A model generated the notes under the pieces. That model did no database searches, was not told the DNA's origin, and saw only the letters and a list, made by a program, of their open reading frames with translations. The translations under genes were made by a program, and so were the position numbers. A stretch of 64,000 bases of DNA, taken from an uncultured bacterium. Lineage in GTDB: Bacteria > Planctomycetota > UBA1135 > UBA2386. The DNA lies in the NCBI GenBank assembly GCA_937906475.1, contig CALCZA010000054.1, positions 29,810 to 93,809 of the forward strand. Direction: 5' to 3'. Shown here piece after piece: positions 47,389-58,035 of the stretch; the first letter of the stretch is position 1, and the number at the start of each line of letters is the position of its first letter.

Positions 47389-48552
47389 ATGAAGGGCATC
47401 GCCGATGCTGCGGTGGCCCGATGTTGGCTCGGCTTTGCCGGGTTCTACACGTGCAGTTTTGCGGTGCTGGGGATCTACATGCAGTTTTTGCCCGTGTGGC
47501 TGCATGAAGTGCAAGGCTTCGAGGCGGACGATATCGCCGTCATCCTCGCGGCGCAGACGATCTCACGCACGGTGGCGGGCCCATATTGGTCGAACTGCGT
47601 CGACCGTACTGGCAATGCGCGGCGCGTCTTGATCTGGCTGTCAGCTGGCGGTGCTGGAGCGTTTGCGTTGTTTGGCTGGGCACCGACGTTGGCGACGGCT
47701 TGGTGCGTGGCGTTCGTATTCGGATGTCTCTATCCACCGATGCATCCCATTGCCGACGCGGCTGCGATACGCGCTGCTGGTCGGCTCGGATTCTCGTTTG
47801 GTCGGTTGCGAATGATGGGCTCTGGCGCCTTCCTGGTCGTCATTTTGCTCGCCGGCAGTTACCTCGAACGCAACGGTACCGGTCACGTGTATGGCATGTT
47901 GCTGGTTGCGTTGGTGATGACTGCGCTTGCGGCGTGGAGTGTGCCACGTGACCGTTTGCATGTCCCGCCGGCCGCGAGCGAGCGCACGCCGTGGTGGCAT
48001 CTGTTCCGGTCGCGGTCGTTCGTGATTCTGATGATCAGCGCGGCGCTCATTCAAGGTAGCCACGCGACGTTCTATCAGCAGTCGACTGTGTATTGGAACG
48101 CGCACGGCATCGACAAATCGACCGCTGCGATGTTGTGGGGTGAAGGCGTGCTCGCCGAGATCGTGTTGCTGTTCTTCGCCAAGCACACGCTCGAGAAACT
48201 ACGTCCGACGACTTTGTTGTTGCTCGGTGGTAGCGGTGCGATTGTGCGTTGGCTGGTGATCGGATCGACGACGTCGCTGCCGTGGTTGTTCGCGACCAGT
48301 TGGTTGCACGCGCTCAGCTTCGGGGCGACCTATCTAGGTGCGATTCGCGCCGTCGAGCGGCGCGTGCCGGCAGAACAGCGGGCGACGGCGCAGGGAATAC
48401 TCGGGGCCGCGCAGGCAGGTGGCGGCATGGTGTTCTGTGGCTTGATCGGTGGCTTCACGTTCAAGCACTATCAAGGCCACGCGTTCTACTTCATGGCAGG
48501 CTTCGCCGCGGTTGGCGTGATGCTGGCGATGTGGTTGCGTCGCTCCCGCTGA
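47389..48552 (+). CDS. MFS transporter (HcaT/MFS_1_like)
   Basis: About 12 TMs, FGRLRMMGS, GVLAEI, LHALSFG, RATAQG. Confidence 0.88.
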   Translation: MKGIADAAVARCWLGFAGFYTCSFAVLGIYMQFLPVWLHEVQGFEADDIAVILAAQTISRTVAGPYWSNCVDRTGNARRVLIWLSAGGAGAFALFGWAPTLATAWCVAFVFGCLYPPMHPIADAAAIRAAGRLGFSFGRLRMMGSGAFLVVILLAGSYLERNGTGHVYGMLLVALVMTALAAWSVPRDRLHVPPAASERTPWWHLFRSRSFVILMISAALIQGSHATFYQQSTVYWNAHGIDKSTAAMLWGEGVLAEIVLLFFAKHTLEKLRPTTLLLLGGSGAIVRWLVIGSTTSLPWLFATSWLHALSFGATYLGAIRAVERRVPAEQRATAQGILGAAQAGGGMVFCGLIGGFTFKHYQGHAFYFMAGFAAVGVMLAMWLRRSR

Positions 48553-48608
48553 GCGTCGTGCTCGCCGCCGTTGCGCATGGAGCAATCCCACCGATCGGTG
48601 CGAATTGC

Positions 48609-49913
48609 TCAGTTCGTCGACTTGGACCAGAGCGCCAGCCAGATGGAGAACATCGCGCCAGCCAGGACCGCTAAGGTCAGACCGGTATAGTGCCAGCACG
48701 GTTGCGACAGCAGTTGCTCGGCGACGCGTTGCCACGAGCGAACGGCGGTTTCGCCGATCGGCGAGGCCAGCGCGCGTTCGGGGCGCGTTTGCAGGATCAC
48801 CGGAATGGCGAACGCGGCGAGCGCTGCTGTCGACAATCCGTTCTTGAAGCGCAATACACCGAGGCGGCGCCAGCAGGTGGTGACTACGGCGACGAGGCCG
48901 AACGTGCCCAGCACGGTAGCTAGATGGATTGGGTCGATTGATGCGCAAGCGAGCGGCAGTGCCGGTGCCACGAACAGGGTCGCGAGCAATAACCACAGAT
49001 GGGCGCCGCGGCGGCGTTGTGGTTGGTCGAGCCAATCGTCGAGGCCGGCTGTACCCATGACGGTGATTGCGAGCACGCTGAGCCACAACGACATCGCGGC
49101 TACGCCCCATACCGTGAACACCGCCGGCATCGAGGCCGACATGCCGGGTATGGTCAGCAAGATGGTTGGCATGGCCCCAACCACGGCGAGTGTCAGCCAC
49201 AGCGACGTCATCACGTGGCGTTGTCGACGCAAGATCCCGAGCAGCGCGAACCAGACCAAGAACGGACCGACGACGCGCACGAGGACCATTGGCGTGGTTT
49301 CGCCGGACAGCACGTTCTGTGGATCGATGGCTTGTTGGTCGCCGAGCCAGCCGGCCAGCGGGTCGAGCCAGACCAGGTTAGTCAGTGCCAATGTGCCGAT
49401 GAGCACGGTTAGACCGATGGCGCGCAGCGGCACGCGGTCGATGCCTTGGCCACTGCGGATGATCGTGATCGCGAGTGTTCCGGCAGCCAGCATGGCCGCG
49501 AGCGTGGCGATGACGGTGACGCCGAGCACGAACGGCGCGGCGATGCAGAGGCCGGCCCATGGCAGCCAGATGCGCCGCGTCGATGGCAGGGTGCAGTGGT
49601 AAGCGGCTTCGAGTGCGAGCGGCACGAGCGCGGCGGCGAGTTGTTCGCGCGGCGAGTCGATCAGGCCGGCAAACAACGGCGACATGCCGTAGGCGACGCC
49701 GCCGACGAAACCCGCATAGCGACTGCGTCCCTGCACCCGCAAGAAGCGGTAGGTCAGCATGCCACCAACCGCGCCGGCAATCATCGTGACGTAGGCGGAT
49801 TCACCAAGCGGTCCGTGGCGCAATGCCGCGGCGAGGTGCGTTACGGCGGTCAGCAACCCGATCAAGCACACGGCGATGATGCCTTCTCGGCGACCCGTTC
49901 CGAACAGGCTCAT
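48609..49913 (-). CDS. Polytopic membrane protein, shortened YfhO/GT-C-like paralogue
   Basis: YRFLRVQGRSRYAGFVGGVAY and MGTAGLDDWL resemble segments of the two neighbouring genes. Confidence 0.6.
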   Translation of the reverse strand: MSLFGTGRREGIIAVCLIGLLTAVTHLAAALRHGPLGESAYVTMIAGAVGGMLTYRFLRVQGRSRYAGFVGGVAYGMSPLFAGLIDSPREQLAAALVPLALEAAYHCTLPSTRRIWLPWAGLCIAAPFVLGVTVIATLAAMLAAGTLAITIIRSGQGIDRVPLRAIGLTVLIGTLALTNLVWLDPLAGWLGDQQAIDPQNVLSGETTPMVLVRVVGPFLVWFALLGILRRQRHVMTSLWLTLAVVGAMPTILLTIPGMSASMPAVFTVWGVAAMSLWLSVLAITVMGTAGLDDWLDQPQRRRGAHLWLLLATLFVAPALPLACASIDPIHLATVLGTFGLVAVVTTCWRRLGVLRFKNGLSTAALAAFAIPVILQTRPERALASPIGETAVRSWQRVAEQLLSQPCWHYTGLTLAVLAGAMFSIWLALWSKSTN

Positions 49914-49988
49914 CGGAGCATCTCCCGGAGGGGCACCTGGTATGCGCGGGCGTTTGCTGGCACGCGCAATCTTCGACGTTTGTCGTTC

Positions 49989-52640
49989 TTACTCTTGAGC
50001 TTGCGTCAACGCTTGTGCGGGGCGCTGCTGCCTTTTGAGCAGCAGCCATGTTGCGGAAGCGGTCACTGTTGCGATGAGCATCAGCCAGAAGCCCAGTTTG
50101 AGGCCCGGCGCTTCGTAGGTGAACACGACGTGGCAGGCGGTCTCAGGCAGCACGAGCAGGCGCTGCGAGTGGTTGCAGCGGATGATCGTGGTCTCTTTGC
50201 CGTCGATGGTTGCGTGCCATCCCGGCAGGAAGGTGTCGGCGACGACGAGGTGCTTGGTCTGGCCGGCTGCGACTTCGACTTCGATGTGGCTCGGGTCGTT
50301 GCGGGTCACGTTGACGGCGCGGATCTCTTCGAGCACTGCCGTGTTTTCGACATCCTTGGGCAGATCGGCATCGGTGACGAACGCTTGTTGGCGCGGTTGC
50401 AGTGTCTCGGCGGTGATCGCTTGCAGCACGGCGGCATCGTTTGGCAAGTTCGCGATGCTCTGTGCGACGTAGATGCGATCCAAAGCCTGCAGCCGTTCGA
50501 TCACGAACAAGGCTCCGCGCTTGCTCCGTAATTTGGGGCCGACGACCTTGCCGACGCGGTCGGCAGCTTGCGCAATCCTCGGGTCGGTGGTCAGCGCATA
50601 GCGCACCGCCATCAGGTCGAGCAAGGGGTGCTGCAGCAAGCTGGCTGGCAGCGACTGGGTCAGGAAGCCCTTGCCTGCAATGCGATCCCCATCGGCCTTA
50701 GTCAGTTCGCGTTCGAGCAACCTGCGCACCGGCACGAGCGTGCGGGCATCCGCATGGCTATAGAAGTTGAGATCGTGCACGCCTGTATGCATCACCTGAC
50801 CCGGGGGCAGTTGCTTGGGCTGGCCTGGCGTCACGTCGGTTCGCACGATCTGGAAACCGCCACCACTCTTCCGAGCCTCTGCTTGCTCGCGCAGGAACGC
50901 GTGCACCACGGAGTCCTTGCCCTTGAGGTTGGAGGCACCTCGCGTGAGCGGCGCGCCGTGAAGTGCCAGTTGCACGATGGACACGAGCGCTGTGACCACC
51001 AGAATCCCTTGCCGCGCGCGCGCTTGCTTCAGTATCGCGAATGCAATCATCAGGATGCCGATGCCAAGCAACCACGCGGCATACTCGGCGCCGTTCTGGG
51101 CGAACTGTTCGAAGCCCTTCTCGAAGCGGTCAAAGTCGACCGGCGGGACTCCTTGCACGTGATTGACGACACCTTCGCGTTTGGTGTCGAAGTGTTCCAT
51201 GAGTGACTCGGTTGCCCACTCAGGGTTCTCTGCGTGATGTTCCAGCGGGGAGGCGCTCAGCCACCAAAGCATTCCGGCTGCAACGACGCTGGCGATGCCG
51301 GCAATCAAAGGCGTGCGCTTGGCTGAGGTGGCCACTCGTTCGAAGCCGCACGCCGCGAGCCAAGTCACGAACAAAGTGCCAGCGGCCGGCCAACGGAACG
51401 GCCAGACGTTCTGCACGACCGGCAGATGGAACAGCAGCTGCAATCCGGGCCAGAACAGTCCGAGGCCGAGTGCCAAGAGCAGTGCGATGCGGGCGAACCC
51501 GGCACGGCGGCTGCGCGCGCAGATTGCGCCGATCATGGCGAGCACAATGCCGAAGCTCGATACGAAGACCGAATATTCGGTGAAGTTGTAGTTGGGCAGC
51601 GCGGCGTTGCCGTCTTCGAGCATGCGCGTGTTCAGCAGTAGCTGCATCGGCGAGTTCGCGTAGGGCAACATGCGAGTCATCGTCGGATCGCCAAATGCGT
51701 TCGGCATCAAGTAACCGAGCAAGCCATACGGTTCGAATGCCTGGCCAGAGATGTCGGTCCACAACGGCGTTGGCAGCCGCGCACTCTCCGGGAAGAACGC
51801 GAGCGAGGGCAGCACCTGCGGCAATGCCCAACACGCACCGAGAACCAATCCCACGAGCAAACACCCGGCGAGTCGCATCGCGTGTTCGCGGCCATGCGCG
51901 ACTAGACATTCGCACGTCAGCCAAGCGAATAAGCAGCCGGCGAAGATCGTGGTGGTGGCGGCGAACGGTGGGAAGCCAGCGAGCCAGGTCATCGCGAACG
52001 CAAACGCGAGTGCTAGGGTCGCTAGCGGCTTGAAGCGTTTTGCTTGCGCTATGCGCAGCATTGGCCACAGCACGCCGGGTAGCCAGATGAAGCTCGCAAG
52101 CCGCATCCAGAAGAAGCTGTTCGCGGCGACGGGGCCAGACAACTGGAATAGTACCGCGCCAAACCAAGCAGCCGGCAAGCCGAAGCCCAGTTGTCGGAAC
52201 AGGCCAAACGCTAACAGTCCTGCCAGCGCCAGGTTGCACCACGCCACGAGGCCGAGTTTGCTCGCTGGTTCGTCGGCAAACAGTGCGAGCCAGTTCGGTG
52301 GGTAGCACAGGCCGATCAGACCGTGCGCATGTAGCGGCGCGCCGCCGCGTGCCGTTGGGTTCCACGTCGGCAGGCGGCCCTCCCGCAGTTCCTTGCCGGC
52401 AAGTTCGAGTTCGGGAACGAACCACACTGGCACTTCGGTGACGTCAAAATTGGCGCCTTCGCGGGCGAGTGCCAGTTCACTGTCGGTCGCGGTGATGCTG
52501 CTCGGCGGGAACTGATTGACGTCGTAGGAGACGAACGTGCGATCGCCGAAGACGCATGGGCCAAGCCACACCAGCGGCAGCAATACGAGCGAGAGCAGCG
52601 CGAGCAGTGCGTTGCGCGTCCACATACGTTGCTCGCTCAT
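49989..52640 (-). CDS. YfhO-family (GT-C fold) membrane protein
   Basis: GRLPTWNP..GGAP, YPPN, ESAR, C-terminal DTFLPGWHATIDG...VVFTY. Confidence 0.82.
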   Translation of the reverse strand: MSEQRMWTRNALLALLSLVLLPLVWLGPCVFGDRTFVSYDVNQFPPSSITATDSELALAREGANFDVTEVPVWFVPELELAGKELREGRLPTWNPTARGGAPLHAHGLIGLCYPPNWLALFADEPASKLGLVAWCNLALAGLLAFGLFRQLGFGLPAAWFGAVLFQLSGPVAANSFFWMRLASFIWLPGVLWPMLRIAQAKRFKPLATLALAFAFAMTWLAGFPPFAATTTIFAGCLFAWLTCECLVAHGREHAMRLAGCLLVGLVLGACWALPQVLPSLAFFPESARLPTPLWTDISGQAFEPYGLLGYLMPNAFGDPTMTRMLPYANSPMQLLLNTRMLEDGNAALPNYNFTEYSVFVSSFGIVLAMIGAICARSRRAGFARIALLLALGLGLFWPGLQLLFHLPVVQNVWPFRWPAAGTLFVTWLAACGFERVATSAKRTPLIAGIASVVAAGMLWWLSASPLEHHAENPEWATESLMEHFDTKREGVVNHVQGVPPVDFDRFEKGFEQFAQNGAEYAAWLLGIGILMIAFAILKQARARQGILVVTALVSIVQLALHGAPLTRGASNLKGKDSVVHAFLREQAEARKSGGGFQIVRTDVTPGQPKQLPPGQVMHTGVHDLNFYSHADARTLVPVRRLLERELTKADGDRIAGKGFLTQSLPASLLQHPLLDLMAVRYALTTDPRIAQAADRVGKVVGPKLRSKRGALFVIERLQALDRIYVAQSIANLPNDAAVLQAITAETLQPRQQAFVTDADLPKDVENTAVLEEIRAVNVTRNDPSHIEVEVAAGQTKHLVVADTFLPGWHATIDGKETTIIRCNHSQRLLVLPETACHVVFTYEAPGLKLGFWLMLIATVTASATWLLLKRQQRPAQALTQAQE

Positions 52641-55384
52641 ACCGTGCCCTTGATGGAACCAGTTAGTTTGCGGCGGCCGGTGACGAAGCATCCGAGCACG
52701 CAAAGCCACGCCAACAACGTCAATCGCAACGGCCAAACGACCCGGGCGCCGTCGTAGGTGAAGACGATCTGGTGTTCTCCTGGTCCGACGTAGACGGCGC
52801 GCAGGTAGTGGTCGGCGATCAGGATCTCGGTCGGCTCACCGTCAACGGTTGCGCACCAGCCCTTGTCGAACGGGTCCGCGAGTCGCACGTAGCCATCGTG
52901 CGAGCACGTGACTTCGAGTTCGACTACTTCGTCGGTGTGCAGCTTGATCCGCACGTCGGCCTTGACGTTGTCGGCGACGGTTGGGCGAACCGCATCTTCG
53001 CGCTCGAGCACGATGCGGTTGCGAACATCGCGGTCACGCTTGCCAAGGGCGTCGAGGCGCGCTTGTTCCGGGCGCGGTTGCTTATCGGTCGCGACTTCGG
53101 GCAGTGGTGCCGTGTCAGCAATCACGTCGACGGAGCGCACAAACGTCGCGCGCGGCATCGCGGTCGTGCGTTCGAGCAACCGGAAACTGCCGGTGCCTGC
53201 CGGCGTGCGATCGATCAGCGTCGCCGTTGGCTTGACACTAGTGTTAGTCACGATGTAGCGAATGCCGTAGAGGTCGCTCAGTGGGTGCGTCAGCGACTTG
53301 GCATCGTGGAACGATCCAACGCCGGCGCCGCCGTAGCCCATGTTGGCTTCGATGCTCTCGAAGTACTGTTCAAAGCGCGCGGGTGGCAGTGGGTTGTAGG
53401 CGTTCGCATCGGCGAGTCCCAAGAACCCCGGCACGTTGCCGGGTAAGCCGTTGCTCGCCATGCCAGGTAGCGCGAGGCGTTGCAGGCGCGGTCGCGGTTG
53501 CTGGTCTTGGTGGTCGGCAAGAATCGGTGCCATCACCTTCGGCACTGCGGTCACTCGTTCTGCCGGCACCGTCTGCATCGGGCCGAGACCCATGAGGATC
53601 AATTCGATCATCGTGGCGGCGAGCAGCGCGATCACCGTGAACGGGCGGCTGTTGGCAAACACGAGCGACCAGCGCTTTGAGAGCGCGCCGAACCCGGCAA
53701 GGCTCATCAGCAGTGCCCACATCGCGGTGGTTAGCACGCGTTGGCTATTCACTCCTGGTTCGCCTTCCAAGGCGGCTGCTTTGGCAAATTGTGCGAGTCG
53801 CACGGGATCGCCCTGCGCCAATAGGACCTGTGGGGCGTCTGTATCTAGCGCATACAGGTTGGCGTAGGCCTGCACGAACTCGTTCTCTCCGGTGTTACTG
53901 ACGGTCCAGTAAACCACGATCGCGGAGATCACCGCAATCACGGCCAGCACCGCCCGGCCCGGCTTGCGCAAGCCGTCTCGCAGCCAGGCGTCACAGCCGA
54001 GTCCAGCTAATACGACGAGCGGCATGGCGACCGAGAACAGCAGGCGGCGCACGTCGCCAGCGGTCATGCCGGGCAGGATGCGCGCCAGTGAGAAGAACGG
54101 TTGGTCGCCAGTCGAAATGCCGAATGCGAGGAACCCGAAGGCGGCGAAGAACACCACCATCACGCGGTGGCGCTTGCTGAACAGCGCGGTTACCGCAGCG
54201 GCGAGTGGAATGACACCAATGGCGAATGAGGTCTCGACCCAGTTGTGGATCGCGGCGCCGTCCTCTGGCCGCGTTGGGTTCTCCAACAACACCAACTGAC
54301 TCCAGGGCATCTTGGTCTGGTAGGCGAGCGAGTCACCACCTTGCGGATAGAAATGATCCGCTGGCCAACTCAGCAAGTTGGGCCATGGCAACGACAAGAG
54401 GTGGTCCCAGTCGAGGCCAAGCAATTGCAGTCGCGCAGCATCGAACTGCCCAACGCGTGCCGACTCCGCTGATGCCATCAAGATTGGCAGCATGTTGGCG
54501 AGCGACAACACGCCGCCGATACCAAGCGCGATCGCGAACGGCCACAGTCGGCGCAGGCGGTCGCCACGTTCTGCTTGGAACGCGCACAGCATCGCAAACG
54601 CGCCGGTCATGTAGCTGGCTTGTAGCGCGATGACGACAAAGCCAGTCGACCACGACAAGCCGGTCCACATCGCGAGCCAGCCAACTGCACGCCGTCGCGC
54701 GCCATCGCGTACACCGACAGCAACCAGTTCGTGCGTTGCTGACAGCATCGGCCACAGCGACAGGGCCGCGGTCAGAATCACGTTGTGGTGCAGCTTGCAC
54801 TGGGTCCACATGCCGAGCGTCGCCGCCACTAAGCCAAGCAGCGCCGCGCCGTGTCCGCAGCCGATCCGTCGCAAGAACAGGTAGGCGAACCAACCGAACA
54901 GCACGAGGTGTACGAGATACCACCAGCCGTACCATTCGACACTCGGCATCAACAGCAGCAGCACATTGATCGGCTGGTAGGGCTGCGCCATCTGCGGCAC
55001 GAACGGCGCACCGCCACCAATGTCGCGAGTCCAGCGCGGCACCTCACCATCCCGGAATCGGTCCTGCATGACGCGATCCCAACACAGGGACTGCAGATAC
55101 TTGTCGGTCATGCCGACGTTGCCACGGAACGCGTCCTCCGCATCGAACGTGCCGTTGGCCTTGGCCTCGGCCATGTGCACGTCGAACAATTCCGGCGGGT
55201 GCGGCATCAGCGCGTTGCCTGGTAGCAAGCTCTCGCGCAGGAACAACACGGCGCAAACCAACGCCAGCAGCACAGCTTGCAGGTTCTCCCGGCGGCTCGT
55301 GCCGGAGCTGAGGCTAGAGTTTTGGCGCAAGTTCGGACCGGCGGTCGGGGTTGCGTCTACTTGGCCCTGGTCGGATTGGGACAT
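52637..55384 (-). CDS. YfhO-family (GT-C fold) membrane protein
   Basis: GEVPRWT..GGAPF, YQPIN, ESAR, C-terminal DPFDKGWCATVDG..ADHYLRAV..GEHQIVFTY. Confidence 0.82.
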   Translation of the reverse strand: MSQSDQGQVDATPTAGPNLRQNSSLSSGTSRRENLQAVLLALVCAVLFLRESLLPGNALMPHPPELFDVHMAEAKANGTFDAEDAFRGNVGMTDKYLQSLCWDRVMQDRFRDGEVPRWTRDIGGGAPFVPQMAQPYQPINVLLLLMPSVEWYGWWYLVHLVLFGWFAYLFLRRIGCGHGAALLGLVAATLGMWTQCKLHHNVILTAALSLWPMLSATHELVAVGVRDGARRRAVGWLAMWTGLSWSTGFVVIALQASYMTGAFAMLCAFQAERGDRLRRLWPFAIALGIGGVLSLANMLPILMASAESARVGQFDAARLQLLGLDWDHLLSLPWPNLLSWPADHFYPQGGDSLAYQTKMPWSQLVLLENPTRPEDGAAIHNWVETSFAIGVIPLAAAVTALFSKRHRVMVVFFAAFGFLAFGISTGDQPFFSLARILPGMTAGDVRRLLFSVAMPLVVLAGLGCDAWLRDGLRKPGRAVLAVIAVISAIVVYWTVSNTGENEFVQAYANLYALDTDAPQVLLAQGDPVRLAQFAKAAALEGEPGVNSQRVLTTAMWALLMSLAGFGALSKRWSLVFANSRPFTVIALLAATMIELILMGLGPMQTVPAERVTAVPKVMAPILADHQDQQPRPRLQRLALPGMASNGLPGNVPGFLGLADANAYNPLPPARFEQYFESIEANMGYGGAGVGSFHDAKSLTHPLSDLYGIRYIVTNTSVKPTATLIDRTPAGTGSFRLLERTTAMPRATFVRSVDVIADTAPLPEVATDKQPRPEQARLDALGKRDRDVRNRIVLEREDAVRPTVADNVKADVRIKLHTDEVVELEVTCSHDGYVRLADPFDKGWCATVDGEPTEILIADHYLRAVYVGPGEHQIVFTYDGARVVWPLRLTLLAWLCVLGCFVTGRRKLTGSIKGTV

Positions 55385-55507
55385 GTTGTTGGCCGCGCGG
55401 GCCGCCGCGCGACCCATGACGATGCAGCAGCACTGCAGTTGACGCAACGGGGATCGTATGTGTGTCGTTGTCGCACGCAGATCCTCCCGTATGGTGCGCA
55501 GCCGGCA

Positions 55508-57004
55508 ATGCCCGACGCCAAGGAAGAATTTGATCGCGGACCAACGCATGCGCCGCTCCCGAGCGAGCGTTGGAACGTCGCGGACACACTGCTGTTGGCG
55601 GTGCTTTCGTTGCTCGCGCTCGGCTTGCGCTTGCTTGCCATTGAGCAGTGGTCGTTCGGTGTGGTCGAAGCCGAGACGTTCCGGGCGTTGACCCAGCCGC
55701 TGTTTGGTGGGCCCGATGGCTTGATGGCCAGCGACCAGAGCAGCTACCCCGTCGTGTTCTGGTTGTTGCGTTGGTTGTTGGAAATCGGCGCGTTGCCGGG
55801 CTTCACCGAAGGCTGGATCCGGTTGCCATTTGCGTTTGTCGGTTGCCTCTTAGTGCCGAGCATCGCGCTGTTTGCACAACCGATGTTTGGCCGCGGCGTC
55901 GCCTGCTTGGCGGCGCTGCTGATTGCCGTGCACCCCGGCCATATCGCCGCGAGCCAAACGGCGGATCCGATCGTGTTTGCAATGACCATCGCGGTCATTG
56001 CTGGCGCCGTGCGCCTGAGCGGCATGCGTTGGTTGAGCATATTGCTCTGCGTGCTGGCGGGAGCTTGTCATCCGATTGGCTGGCTGTGTGGCCTCGGCAT
56101 GCTGTGCGCAGGAGGCACGGATCGCATGCTTCGCAAGACCCCAGCATTGGTCTGGTGGTTGTTGTTGGCGCACGTGGTGGTGGTGGTGCCTTGCTTGCTG
56201 GATCAGGTTGGCTTGTCGTTGCCAATCCTCGCGGTGATCGCAGTCCTGATCCGACCACCAGCCAATGGCATTGCCGACCCGGACGCTGCCAGTGCATCTG
56301 CTCCAAATACACTCGCTCCAAATACACTGGGCTTGGGGCTAGCCACACTCGCTCCGTTGGTCGCCGGCGGCGTCTGGTGGTGGGTGGCCGGAACCTGCGC
56401 CGAGAGTGCCTGTATCGCCGCTTTGCCGCCGTTGGTTGTGCTCGGCAGTTGTTCGGTCGTGCGCTTCTCCAGCTGCCTGCGCGGGCAGTTACGTGCGAAC
56501 GGGGAGCGGCGGAAGTGGCTGACGCGCCTGTTGGTTACGGCGCCGACTATCATGTTGCTCGGCGAACTGGCCACCGCCGTATTCTTATACTTTGCGATCT
56601 TTGCCGGGGGCCGACCGCCGTGGCGCGAGGTCCGTGATGCGGTGCTCGCGGCGACGACCAGCGGGCACCGCATCGAAGTCATTGCCGCACGTGGCTGTGA
56701 TGTCATGCGCGTCTACTTACGACCGCGTCACTGGCTCGAACTGGACGTTGGCAACCGCGCCAATCGCGATCCGCATCCAGGCGTGCGGGTCTCGGCCTGG
56801 CCGGCAGACGCGGCAGCGGCGCAATCGCTGCTGTCGATGCCTGACGCGATGCTGGTGTTGCAACACAATGAGTGGCGGGCGTTGCTGGGATCGCCAGAAG
56901 GCCGCGCGCTGGTTCAGGACTTCGTTCCGATCGATTTGTGGCCAAGTCAGCAACTGCTCGGCGATCAGTCGCTCTACTTGCTACAGCGTCGGCGCCAGGA
57001 CTGA
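55508..57004 (+). CDS. GT-C (PMT_2/ArnT-like) membrane glycosyltransferase
   Basis: LGLRL, WSFGVVEAE, EGWIRLP, AALLIAVHPGHIAASQ; divergent from the YfhO genes. Confidence 0.65.
   Translation: MPDAKEEFDRGPTHAPLPSERWNVADTLLLAVLSLLALGLRLLAIEQWSFGVVEAETFRALTQPLFGGPDGLMASDQSSYPVVFWLLRWLLEIGALPGFTEGWIRLPFAFVGCLLVPSIALFAQPMFGRGVACLAALLIAVHPGHIAASQTADPIVFAMTIAVIAGAVRLSGMRWLSILLCVLAGACHPIGWLCGLGMLCAGGTDRMLRKTPALVWWLLLAHVVVVVPCLLDQVGLSLPILAVIAVLIRPPANGIADPDAASASAPNTLAPNTLGLGLATLAPLVAGGVWWWVAGTCAESACIAALPPLVVLGSCSVVRFSSCLRGQLRANGERRKWLTRLLVTAPTIMLLGELATAVFLYFAIFAGGRPPWREVRDAVLAATTSGHRIEVIAARGCDVMRVYLRPRHWLELDVGNRANRDPHPGVRVSAWPADAAAAQSLLSMPDAMLVLQHNEWRALLGSPEGRALVQDFVPIDLWPSQQLLGDQSLYLLQRRRQD
56300..56329. 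repeat. In-frame 15-bp duplication (APNTL x2)
   Basis: gctccaaatacactc gctccaaatacactg. Confidence 0.85.
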
Positions 57005-57030
57005 TGTGCAGGGCGGATCAGTCGAACTGA

Positions 57031-57915
57031 TTACCCGCGCGGGTGCAGCTTCTGGTGCATCGAGCGCAGTCGTTCGTGATCGACGTGCGTGTAGACCTGC
57101 GTAGTCTGCAGTGACGCATGCCCGAGCATCTCTTGCACCGACCGCAGATCGGCGCCGCCCGCAACCAGATGCGTAGCGAATGAATGGCGTAGCGCGTGCG
57201 GCGAGCAGGCCATCGTCAGGCCAGCCTCGTTGGCGGCCTGCTTGACGATCTGGTAGATGCGAACCCGGTCGAGCGGCCGGCCGGTGCGTGACAAGAACAG
57301 CACGTCGCCCGGATCCCGCAGGGCGCGGGTGCGCAGTTTTGGGCGCACCGCGGTGCGGTAGCGTTCTACCCAGGCGAGCGCGCTGTCGGCGATCGGCACC
57401 AAGCGCTCCTTGTTGCCCTTGCCGAATGCTCGCACCAGCCGGTGCTCCTCAATGATGCTGGTCGTGCGCAGGCCCAAAACCTCGCTGACGCGGCAGCCTG
57501 TGGCATAAAGAACATGCAGAATCGCCAGGTCGCGCACACTCAGGTCGGTGCTCGGCTCCCGGTCGAGAAGTTTGGCGATATTCCGCCGGGTGAGGGCCTT
57601 GGGCAGCTTCTGTTCGAGCTTGGGGCCGAGCAGCCCCTCGGTGACGTCGCCGTCGACTTCGCCCTCGGCGTGCAAGAACCGGTAGAAGCCGCGGATCGCC
57701 GCGGCGGCGCGGGCCACCGAGGCTGGGGCGTGGCTGTGCAAAAGTTTCCCCAGGTGGCGGTCGATCTGTTCGCGGCCTGGCAGGGACTTTTCGGCCCGCA
57801 GCAACCGCTCAAGGTCATTGCGGTAGGCAGCTACCGTGTGCCGCGAGACCTGCAATTCGGCGCCGAGGTGGACCAGGAAGTCCGCCATCGCCTGTTGTGG
57901 CGATCCGGCTGACAT
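57031..57915 (-). CDS. xerD: Tyrosine recombinase XerD
   Basis: HTVAAYRNDL, LYATGCRVSE, GKGNKERLVP, SPHALRHSFATHL, VQEMLGHAS..TQVYTHV; start uncertain (57888-57942). Confidence 0.9.
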   Translation of the reverse strand: MSAGSPQQAMADFLVHLGAELQVSRHTVAAYRNDLERLLRAEKSLPGREQIDRHLGKLLHSHAPASVARAAAAIRGFYRFLHAEGEVDGDVTEGLLGPKLEQKLPKALTRRNIAKLLDREPSTDLSVRDLAILHVLYATGCRVSEVLGLRTTSIIEEHRLVRAFGKGNKERLVPIADSALAWVERYRTAVRPKLRTRALRDPGDVLFLSRTGRPLDRVRIYQIVKQAANEAGLTMACSPHALRHSFATHLVAGGADLRSVQEMLGHASLQTTQVYTHVDHERLRSMHQKLHPRG

Positions 57916-58006
57916 TCCTTGGCTTACCGCGTCCGTTTGCATGGCCTCATTCTCCGGGTAATCCCGAGTTATCGCAAAGGAAGAAGAAGTAGGGGGCGCG
58001 GTTGCC

Positions 58007-58035
58007 TTGACGGCTTCCCAAGTGCTCCGTATCGT
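58007..58035 (+). promoter_or_regulatory. Candidate sigma70 promoter of the dksA operon
   Basis: TTGACG-N17-TATCGT followed by CCTCGCCCC. Confidence 0.55.

Noticed and set aside
57031-57915. Tyrosine recombinase as a prophage or island integrase
   Set aside because: Length and motifs fit housekeeping XerD; no phage genes or att repeats nearby
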